From Vulcanimicrobiota bacterium (GTDB lineage Bacteria; Vulcanimicrobiota; Vulcanimicrobiia; Vulcanimicrobiales; Vulcanimicrobiaceae), in the NCBI GenBank assembly GCA_003133025.1, contig PKZK01000014.1, forward strand, positions 374 to 17,205: 16,832 nt of DNA. The letters run 5' to 3'. The translations under genes were made by a program, and so were the position numbers. Positions 1 to 7,081 of this stretch are shown here, piece by piece (the first letter of the stretch is position 1; every line of letters starts with the position of its first letter). Under the pieces are notes generated by a model. That model was not told the origin of the DNA and searched no databases. It saw nothing but the letters and a program-made list of their open reading frames with translations.

Positions 1-1955
1 TAGTCGGCGGCGAGCAGCACGCGGCGCTCTCCGCCCGCGACGAAGGCGCGGCGAATGCGCCGGCCGAGTTCGGTGCGCACGGGCACGTTCTGCAGATTGG
101 GATTGGTCGAGGAGAGCCGGCCCGTCGCGGTCGACGTTTGATTGAAGACGGTGTGCAGCCGGCCGTCGGCGCCGAGCAGTTTGGGCAAGACGTCGATGTA
201 GGTGTTCTTGAGTTTGGCGACCTCGCGGTACTCCAGTACCTTGGCCACGATCTCGTGCTCGCGCGCGAGCGGCTGCAACACCTCGATGCCCGTGGCCCAA
301 CCCGTCTTGGTGCGGCCGCCGTTGGGCAATTGCAGGCGCTCGAAGAGAACGGCGCCGAGTTGTTGCGGCGAGCCGATGTTGAACGGACCGTCTGCGGCGG
401 CGTAAATCTCTTCTTGCAGACGCGAGACCGCCGCGTCGACTTCGACCGAAAGCTCGTTTAGCGCGGCGGGGTCGACCGCGATGCCGCGGGCTTCCATGCG
501 CGCGAGCACGGTGGCCAACGGCAACTCCACGTCTTCGTAGAGTTTCGTTTGTTCGCGCAGGGCGAGCCGCTCGCGCAACGTGGGCGCGAGACGCAGCACC
601 GCGTCGGCGTAGGCCGCGGGTTCCGCAGGCAGCCGCGCTTCGAGGTATTCGCTCACCGCGTCGCCCAGCGCGGCGTAGGCGCGCGCAGGGTTGAGCAGGT
701 TTGCGCTCAGCATCACGTCGTCGACGGGCTCGACGTCGGGTTCGAGGTTGCGCGCGCGCAGCGCGGCGCGGATGCTCTTCCAATCGTGCACGGCCAGACG
801 CTCGCCGCTTGCGGTCAGCGCTGCGAAGGCCTCGGCGACCGCGGTTTCCGCGAGCGCGCCCAGCGGGAACGAGAAGCCCTCGCCGGCCGTGGTCGATACG
901 CCGAGTTGATCCGCCGACAACGCGAGGCCGACGGCCGGCGCGGCCGCCGCTTCGCGCACCAGGCTTGCCAGCAGCACGAATTCCGGGGGATCGACCGCGG
1001 CCGCGAAGGAGCGATACGTGCCACGCACCGGCTCGACGTCGTCGAGCGCGAAGAGCGTCTCGTCGTTCTTTTCGACGGGGAGGCGGGCGAGCAGCGTCTT
1101 GAACTCGAGGTCGCGATAGAGCGGATAGAGTTCGGCGGGTGAGGGCGGCGTGTAGCGCGCCTCTTCCCACGGCACGTCCACCGGCAAATTGCGCGAGACC
1201 ACCGAGACGTCGCGACACACCTTCGCAACCGCACCGTGCTCGCGCACCAAGGCCTGCAGTTTCGGCGAACCCGCCAGCGTGGGATCGGCGAGCAACGCAT
1301 CGAGGGAACCGGCCGCCTTGATCAGTTTGATCGCGGTCTTTTCGCCCACGCCGGGAATGCCGGGTAAGTTATCGGACGGGTCGCCCTTGAGGCCCCGGTA
1401 ATCGGGCAGTTGGCTCGGCTCGAGATCGAAGCGTTCGCGCACGGCGGCCGGGTCGTAACGGCCCAGATCGGTGATTCCGCGGCGCGTCACGAGCACGGTC
1501 GTGCGTTCGTCGACGATCTGCAGCAGATCGAGGTCGCCCGTGACCACGTCGACGCGCTGCTGGGCTTCTTCGGCGCGTAATGCCAGCGTGGCGATCACGT
1601 CGTCGGCCTCCTCGCCCTCGATCTCGATCGCGGGAATGCGATACACCTCGAGAATGCGGCGCACGAGCGCGAATTGCGAACGCAGCTCGTCGGGCATCGC
1701 TTCACGCTGCGCTTTGTACTGTGCGTAGAGCGCCACGCGCGCCGCGGGCTTGCCCTTGTCGAAGCAGGCGATCACGTGCGTCGGCTTCTCGTCGGCGATG
1801 ATCTTCGTGAGCATCTGCGTGAAGCCGTAGGCCGCGTTGATCGGTTCGCCGCGCGTGGTCGTGAGCACGGGCAACGCGAAGAAGGCGCGATACACCAAAC
1901 CGTAGGTGTCGAGCAGCATGAGCACCGCGCTGCCAGGCGCCGGCGCCTCGCTCAC
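1..1955 (-). CDS. polA: DNA polymerase I (3' end runs off the window)
   Basis: Not in the ORF track because its stop is outside the window. Manual translation from GTG 1955 (GTGA overlap with the upstream stop) gives MSEAPAPGSAVLMLLDTYGLVYRAFFALP, with 5'-3' exonuclease motifs EADDVIATLA, VVTGDLDLLQ and GDPSDNLPGIPGVGEKTA, then polymerase motifs FNIGSPQQL and TATGRLSSTNPNLQNVP. It reaches motif A (VLLAADY) at the window edge. Confidence 0.97.
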   Translation of the reverse strand, partial: MSEAPAPGSAVLMLLDTYGLVYRAFFALPVLTTTRGEPINAAYGFTQMLTKIIADEKPTHVIACFDKGKPAARVALYAQYKAQREAMPDELRSQFALVRRILEVYRIPAIEIEGEEADDVIATLALRAEEAQQRVDVVTGDLDLLQIVDERTTVLVTRRGITDLGRYDPAAVRERFDLEPSQLPDYRGLKGDPSDNLPGIPGVGEKTAIKLIKAAGSLDALLADPTLAGSPKLQALVREHGAVAKVCRDVSVVSRNLPVDVPWEEARYTPPSPAELYPLYRDLEFKTLLARLPVEKNDETLFALDDVEPVRGTYRSFAAAVDPPEFVLLASLVREAAAAPAVGLALSADQLGVSTTAGEGFSFPLGALAETAVAEAFAALTASGERLAVHDWKSIRAALRARNLEPDVEPVDDVMLSANLLNPARAYAALGDAVSEYLEARLPAEPAAYADAVLRLAPTLRERLALREQTKLYEDVELPLATVLARMEARGIAVDPAALNELSVEVDAAVSRLQEEIYAAADGPFNIGSPQQLGAVLFERLQLPNGGRTKTGWATGIEVLQPLAREHEIVAKVLEYREVAKLKNTYIDVLPKLLGADGRLHTVFNQTSTATGRLSSTNPNLQNVPVRTELGRRIRRAFVAGGERRVLLAAD

Positions 1956-4303
1956 TGGACGAAGAACGCGGCGGAGGCCGCGCCCACGTCGCCGGTTTCG
2001 GCAATGCGGAGAATCGAGAGCACGTAGCGGCCGCGCTGCTTGGGCACGGGCACGTCGAGCGCGTCACCGTCGCTGCGTTCCACGCGCCAGAGCAGCGTGC
2101 GCGGCGCGGCCGCGCCGATCGCGGGCACTTCGCTCGGCACCTGGCGCGGACGCTCGGCTGCGAAGATGTCGCTGGCCTTCGAACGCACGGGCGCCACGTA
2201 GGCGTGCCACTGCGGGCTCTCCGAGGCGGGATACTGCGAACTCGTGCCGCCCGCGGCCAGCACTGCCGGCGCATCTTCGAATAGCGCGGCGCCGCTCTCG
2301 CGCGCATCGGCGATGCGAATGACGTAGGTCGCGTTACCGCGTGCGCCGCCGTCGTGCACCGTTGCGTGAATGACGTCGCCGGCATCGTAGGTGCCGCGAT
2401 CGAGGCTGAGTTCGGTCTTGCGCGGCAAGCCGGGTCCGTCGAGCACGAGGCTCGCGCCCGCAAGCGCCAGCGCGCCGTTGCGCACGAACGCGGCGCCGAC
2501 CCGCACGTCGCCCTGCGGATCGCCCAGATCCAGCGTAGCCGAGGCCTGTCCGCCGCCGGTGCGCGCGAGACGCGCCTGATATGTGCGCGCACCCTCGAGC
2601 GTGAGCAAGGCGTCGCCCGCGGCGCCCGGCGCGAGCGCGCGCACGACGACGCGGTCGCCCGGCTTATAGCGCGCCTTGTCGACGCCGACGACCACGTCGG
2701 CGTCGGGTGCGGCGATCTGTCCGGCGAGCGCGCTCGGTTCCACCAGCACGGAGTTTGCGTCGAGCGCCTGCTTTCCGTCAACGCTCGCCGAGGCCAGCAC
2801 CAGATTCGAGCCGAGGCTCGGCTGGTTGAAGACGACGCGGGCGCGACCCGTCGCATCCAGCGTGACGTTTTGTTCGGCGGCCGTGGTGCCGTGCGAGAGG
2901 CGCACGCGCACCGCAAGCCCGGACGCCGGCGAGTCGTCGCCGGCATCGAAGCCGCGCAGCGTAAACGACACCGGCTGCCCGACATCGACGCTGGGTAATT
3001 CCGGCTCCACTTCGAGCGCGACGCGCGCCGTCGTCACGACCACGCGCCCGGTCGCCGACGCACCCGATGTGGTGGCGCGAATGCCGTAGGTCGAATCGAG
3101 CCCGTCGGTCGGCGGAGGCAGTCGCACCTCGGCGCGGCCCGTTGCATCCGTGCGTACCCTGCCCGAATAGACGACGGTCGCCGCCCAACGCCCGGCATCT
3201 TCGGGCGCACCGGCGGGAACGACGTGCGGCGCGCGGACGATCTGCACGTGGACGTCCACGCCCGGCGCGGGAACCGCGGCGCGCGCGGCGAGGATCGGAA
3301 TGCCGATGGCCGCGGACGCATCGCAGGGACAGGGATCGAGAATCGAGAGCACCGTGTCGGCTGCGGCGTCGACGTGCAGCGTCGCGCCGCCGACCGCGCC
3401 GCCGACCGTCGCGAGCAGTGCGTAATCGCCGGCCTCGGTGCCGGCCGGCACCTCGAGCGTGCCGTCGAACGCGCCGTTGCCGTCGAGCTTACTCTGCACG
3501 CTCGCAAGCGTGCGCCCGCGACCGAGCAAGGTGATGTGCGCTTCACCGCTCGCCTTACGCAACGCGCCGCCCGTACGGCGTCGCGCGAAGCCCGCGAAAC
3601 GAACGGCGCCGCCCGCGCGCGCGACGGCCGATTCCAAGCGCAGCGCAACGACCGACGACGGCACCGGCGCCTGCGGCAAGAACGAGACGAACGCGCGGCC
3701 CGCGCCGGATTCGGCGAGTGCAAACGTGGGGCGCGTGCGCTCGGTCCAGACGATCACGCCGTTACCGTCGGTCTTGCGTTCGACGAAACGGAGGCCGACC
3801 AGAAAATCGACGGTCATGCCCGCGAGCGCGCGTCCGCTGTGCAGATCCACGCCCCACAAGAGCAGACCGTCCGGGCTCTCCTTCGTGACCAAACCGATGT
3901 GCGTGCGGTTGAGCCACACCTGTTGCACCGCGTCGCCGCGGCGCGCCTCGACGACGTAGAAGCCCTCCTGCGAACCGAGCGGCACGTCGACATCGTTGGC
4001 GGTGAAGTGCAGTCCGGGCGGCGGCGAGAAGCGCCAGCGCACGATCGACTTGCGATGCGAGGTATCGATCGCGCGCGGCGCGCGATTGGTGCCGGCGACG
4101 ATCACGTCGGCCGGATCGACGGCGTACGCCGCAAAGTCGACCGGCGCGCCGGAGTAGGTATCGAGCCGCACGGTCGACGGCTTCCACGGCACGTTGACGT
4201 CGCGCGCGAACAGCGCGAAGTACGCATCCCACTGACCCTTGTCGAGCAACGGCCGCGCCGCGCCGGCGGGCACGATCCCGACGAGGAAGCAGATCGCCGG
4301 CAC
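1952..4303 (-). CDS. Secreted alpha-2-macroglobulin-like MG-domain protein, lacking the thioester/C-terminal half (start may extend to ATC 4342)
   Basis: 783-aa ORF of beta-rich Ig-like repeats with A2M-type segments: IGLVTKESPDGLLLWGVDLHSGRALAG, LDGNGAFDGTLEVPAGTEAGDYALLATV, VDKARYKPGDRVVV, LSLDRGTYDAGDVI, TLLWRV. Hydrophobic N-terminus; no CxEQ motif. Family assigned by recognition, not by search. Confidence 0.75.
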   Translation of the reverse strand: MPAICFLVGIVPAGAARPLLDKGQWDAYFALFARDVNVPWKPSTVRLDTYSGAPVDFAAYAVDPADVIVAGTNRAPRAIDTSHRKSIVRWRFSPPPGLHFTANDVDVPLGSQEGFYVVEARRGDAVQQVWLNRTHIGLVTKESPDGLLLWGVDLHSGRALAGMTVDFLVGLRFVERKTDGNGVIVWTERTRPTFALAESGAGRAFVSFLPQAPVPSSVVALRLESAVARAGGAVRFAGFARRRTGGALRKASGEAHITLLGRGRTLASVQSKLDGNGAFDGTLEVPAGTEAGDYALLATVGGAVGGATLHVDAAADTVLSILDPCPCDASAAIGIPILAARAAVPAPGVDVHVQIVRAPHVVPAGAPEDAGRWAATVVYSGRVRTDATGRAEVRLPPPTDGLDSTYGIRATTSGASATGRVVVTTARVALEVEPELPSVDVGQPVSFTLRGFDAGDDSPASGLAVRVRLSHGTTAAEQNVTLDATGRARVVFNQPSLGSNLVLASASVDGKQALDANSVLVEPSALAGQIAAPDADVVVGVDKARYKPGDRVVVRALAPGAAGDALLTLEGARTYQARLARTGGGQASATLDLGDPQGDVRVGAAFVRNGALALAGASLVLDGPGLPRKTELSLDRGTYDAGDVIHATVHDGGARGNATYVIRIADARESGAALFEDAPAVLAAGGTSSQYPASESPQWHAYVAPVRSKASDIFAAERPRQVPSEVPAIGAAAPRTLLWRVERSDGDALDVPVPKQRGRYVLSILRIAETGDVGAASAAFFVQ

Positions 4304-4331
4304 CAGTAGCGCGGCCGCGATCCGGCGTGCG

Positions 4332-4751
4332 CTACGTGGGATCGTAAAAGAGCGTTCCGGTGGTGTTCTGGTAGACGTTGAACACGGTGGTGAAGTCGCG
4401 CGACTCGCCCTTCTTCATCGGGCTGAAATCGTTGTTGATGTCGGCCGAGAGGTACGTGCCGCCGTCGATTGCGGCGTGACGCGTTTTCTGCGCGTCCTCG
4501 AGCACGAAATGGGTGAGCCGCGGCGTGAACGTCTCGCCGCCAAACGTATTCGTGAAGGTAAACGTGACCACGTAATACGTGTCGCCTTGCACGGAATTCT
4601 GGGTCGAGGCGTAGACCTTGACCGACTTCACCACCACGTTGTCGCCGGCGTTGACGAATTGGTTGCCGCTGCCGGAACCCTGCGCTTGGGGTTCCTTGCA
4701 GCCGGTCAGCATTGCGGCGGCCCCGAGCAGGGCGAAGATCCGACGGTTCAC
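4332..4751 (-). CDS. Lipoprotein, DUF4352-like Ig-fold (139 aa)
   Basis: GTG 4751 gives MNRRIFALLGAAAMLTGC with a textbook LTG-C lipobox. Body YYVVTFTFTN...FVLEDAQKTRH...MKKGESRDFTTVFNV resembles DUF4352. The 4970 start in the track overlaps the divergent gene. Confidence 0.8.
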   Translation of the reverse strand: MNRRIFALLGAAAMLTGCKEPQAQGSGSGNQFVNAGDNVVVKSVKVYASTQNSVQGDTYYVVTFTFTNTFGGETFTPRLTHFVLEDAQKTRHAAIDGGTYLSADINNDFSPMKKGESRDFTTVFNVYQNTTGTLFYDPT

Positions 4752-4761
4752 GAGCCTCGAC

Positions 4762-4803
4762 TTTCGGCGGCCCGCGCAGGCATCCCCCGCGCACGCCGCG
4801 TAG
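4762..4803. promoter_or_regulatory. Candidate overlapping divergent promoters, (A/G)GG(A/C)-N17/18-G(A/T)A type
   Basis: Minus strand: GGGA(4786-4783)-N17-GAAA(4765-4762), 10 nt before GTG 4751. Plus strand: AGGC(4778-4781)-N18-GTAG(4800-4803), 9 nt before GTG 4813. Geometry resembles the duplicated element at 10585/10933. The motifs are short, so this is tentative. Confidence 0.35.
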
Positions 4804-4812
4804 CGCGACGGG

Positions 4813-5331
4813 GTGCATCTTTTCTCGCGGGCTTGGCCTGCAATTCTAGCTGCCGCCCTGTGCGCCGGCGGCCCCGCCTTCGCCGCCACCGCGCCCGTGC
4901 CCGAAGCGGCCGCGCTGTACGTGCCGAAGAAGGCCGTGCACTCCTCGTTCGTCATCGAGACCAACCGCAAGGGTCAGGTGACCAAGGTTCGCGCGCGCAA
5001 CAGTTCGGGCGACGCGCGTTTCGACGCGATGACGATGGGCAACGTGGTGCAGACCTTCGTGCGCAAGCCCGACGGCAGTGCGATCGCGGGCGTGTACCGC
5101 ATGAGTTACGCGTTCAATCCGACGACGCAGAAAATCAAGCGCACGGTGGAGCTGCTACAAGCCGGCGGCGTGAATCCCGGAGCCGAAAGTCTGGTCGATC
5201 GGATGGCCGCGGCCAACGAACAGGCGGCCGAAGCGATCCGCAAGGCGCTCGACGCCCGCAACAAGCCGCTCGGCCCCGTCCCGCTGCCCTTCCTCTCGCC
5301 GAGTCCCGCCGCCGCCAAGACGCCGCACTGA
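4813..5331 (+). CDS. Secreted hypothetical protein with a TonB C-terminal-like segment
   Basis: Signal peptide MHLFSRAWPAILAAALCAGGPAFA|A. Segment FVIETNRKGQVTKVRARNSSGDARFDAM resembles the TonB_C pattern (G.V..v.v..SSG...lD). Pro-rich C-terminal tail. Confidence 0.7.
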   Translation: MHLFSRAWPAILAAALCAGGPAFAATAPVPEAAALYVPKKAVHSSFVIETNRKGQVTKVRARNSSGDARFDAMTMGNVVQTFVRKPDGSAIAGVYRMSYAFNPTTQKIKRTVELLQAGGVNPGAESLVDRMAAANEQAAEAIRKALDARNKPLGPVPLPFLSPSPAAAKTPH

Positions 5332-5372
5332 CCGCCTAGGGACGTCCCGCCGAACCCGCCAAGCACCCGGGC

Positions 5373-5999
5373 ATGGACACGCGAACGGACGCCGCGCGGG
5401 CCGACGCGGTCGAGCTACTCGAACGCACCACGCACGCCCGTGCCTTCGGACCGGGGCCGTTGCCCCCGATGGCCTTGCGCCGCATCGTGGAGGCCGGCCG
5501 CCTCGCGCCGTCGCTGTACAACACCCAGCCGGTGCGGTTCGTCGTCGTGCGCGATCCCGCGGGCTACGAGCGGTTGCGCGCGGCCTGCAACACCTCGCGC
5601 GATACGTTCTTCAAGGGCCGCAAGTTCTTCGCGCTGATGAATAAGCGCCTGGCCAATCCCGCGTTCGTCGAAGGCCTCGAGCGGCAGTCGACCGGCGACG
5701 TGCTGCCCGCCGGCGGCGCCGCGATCGTGACCTTGCAAGACGACGCGTTCACCGAATCGGTCGAAGCCTGCGCCTGTGCGCTGATGGCCATGCAACTCGA
5801 AGCGACGGCCTGCGGCTTGGCCAGTGCCTTTTCGAGTTGGACGCGCGGCCTCTCGTTTCAAAAAGATATGGTCGAGTTTTTGCGCGTGCCCAAGGGCTTC
5901 AAGATCTTCACGAGCCTGGTGGTGGGCAATCCGCTGACGCCGCTCGTCGCCGGGCGCAAAGCCCGCAGATCGATGGACGATGCCGTCACCTGGATTTGA
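5373..5999 (+). CDS. Nitroreductase family protein
   Basis: LRRIVEAGRLAPSLYNTQPVRFVVVRD and MAMQLEATACGLAS are typical nitroreductase motifs. C-terminal RRSMDDAVTWI. Confidence 0.88.
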   Translation: MDTRTDAARADAVELLERTTHARAFGPGPLPPMALRRIVEAGRLAPSLYNTQPVRFVVVRDPAGYERLRAACNTSRDTFFKGRKFFALMNKRLANPAFVEGLERQSTGDVLPAGGAAIVTLQDDAFTESVEACACALMAMQLEATACGLASAFSSWTRGLSFQKDMVEFLRVPKGFKIFTSLVVGNPLTPLVAGRKARRSMDDAVTWI

Positions 6000-6003
6000 T
6001 CCG

Positions 6004-6204
6004 ATGAAATGGTGGCTCGAGAGCCGCGGCGGGATCGACGATGCGGTCGATCGCGACGTGGAACGCAGTTGCGCGTCCAAGGACGGCTATCGCACCGAGG
6101 ACGAAGCGCGCGCGCACGCCGCGATGAACGGCATGTCGAGCGTGCTCTTCACCTATCACTGCCGCTATTGCGACAGTTGGCACCTGACCCGCCGGCCCAA
6201 CTGA
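6004..6204 (+). CDS. Small (66 aa) putative zinc-binding protein, C..K..Y...EA...YxCxxCxxWHLT
   Basis: ATG 4 nt after the nitroreductase stop; stop 10 nt before the FAH gene; GC-rich third codon positions. Three Cys and a distal His could ligate a metal. Confidence 0.75.
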   Translation: MKWWLESRGGIDDAVDRDVERSCASKDGYRTEDEARAHAAMNGMSSVLFTYHCRYCDSWHLTRRPN

Positions 6205-6214
6205 GGAACGTCCC

Positions 6215-7081
6215 ATGCGTTATGTGACCTTCGAACACGGCGGCCGCGTGCGCCCCGGCCTGCTCGACGGCGACGGCGTCTCGCCGCTGCTGGGCTGCCG
6301 CACGCTGCTGGACTTCGTGCGTCTGGCCGAGGCGGATCGTGCGGCCGTGTTGCACGAAGCGCCGCTGCCGCTCGCCGAGGTTCGTCTGCTCGCGCCGCTG
6401 CGTCCGCACAAGAACGTCTTCTGCGTAGGCCGCAACTATTTGGGCCATGCCGAGGAGATCGCGCGGGCGCGCGGCACCGAGTTGAAGCTGCCGCCCGTGC
6501 CGACGTTCTTTACCAAGGCGCCGACGGCGATCGCCGACCCCGAGCAGACCGTGCATTTCGACGGCGCACTCTCGACGCAGTACGATTGGGAAGCCGAACT
6601 CGCGGTGGTGATCGGCACGCGTTGCAAGGATGTTTCGGAAGCGGACGCGCTCGGCGTCATCTTCGGTTACACGTGCCTCAACGATTTGACCGCGCGCGAC
6701 CTGCAGCAACTGCACGGGCAGTGGTTCAAGGGCAAGAGCCTCGACGAGAGCGCGCCGCTGGGTCCGTGGGTCGTGAGCGCCGACGAGATCCCCGACCCGC
6801 AAGCGCTGCAGGTGAGCTTGCGCGTCAACGGCGTCGTCAAGCAACAGGCGCCGACCGCGCAGATGATCTTCAGCGTGGCGGCGATCGTCGCATCGCTTTC
6901 GCGCGGGTTGACGCTCGAGCCGGGCGACATCATCGCCACGGGCACGCCCGACGGCGTCGGCTTCGCGCGCACCCCACCCGAATTTCTGCGCGACGGCGAC
7001 ACGGTCGAGGTCGACATTTCCGGCATCGGCGTGTTGCGCAACGCGATCGCCGTCGGCGCGCCGGTGACGGCGCCCGCATAA
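6215..7081 (+). CDS. Fumarylacetoacetate (FAH) hydrolase family protein
   Basis: Motifs VFCVGRNYLGHAEE, PTFFTKAP, YDWEAELAVVIG, GYTCLNDLTARDLQ, WFKGKS, LEPGDIIATGTPDGVG. GAGGA RBS upstream. Confidence 0.95.
   Translation: MRYVTFEHGGRVRPGLLDGDGVSPLLGCRTLLDFVRLAEADRAAVLHEAPLPLAEVRLLAPLRPHKNVFCVGRNYLGHAEEIARARGTELKLPPVPTFFTKAPTAIADPEQTVHFDGALSTQYDWEAELAVVIGTRCKDVSEADALGVIFGYTCLNDLTARDLQQLHGQWFKGKSLDESAPLGPWVVSADEIPDPQALQVSLRVNGVVKQQAPTAQMIFSVAAIVASLSRGLTLEPGDIIATGTPDGVGFARTPPEFLRDGDTVEVDISGIGVLRNAIAVGAPVTAPA

Noticed and set aside
138..2322. Many plus-strand ORFs over polA
   Set aside because: Antisense or alternate-frame shadows typical of high-GC DNA; the minus-strand frame is clearly PolA.
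4843..4848. Minus-strand TAGAAT as a sigma70 -10 box for the lipoprotein-polA operon
   Set aside because: No -35 or extended -10 TG, and it lies inside the divergent CDS; unsupported without TSS data.
5339..6214. Palindrome GGGACGTCCC (5339-5348) and near-copy GGAACGTCCC (6205-6214) as an operator pair
   Set aside because: Only 10 bp in GC-rich DNA, the second copy is largely the FAH RBS and spacer, and no regulator is nearby.
6586..7077. N-terminal 164 aa of the 423-aa ORF 6586-7857
   Set aside because: Arg-rich off-frame reading of the FAH gene; ABC similarity starts only after 7078, so it is not a fusion.
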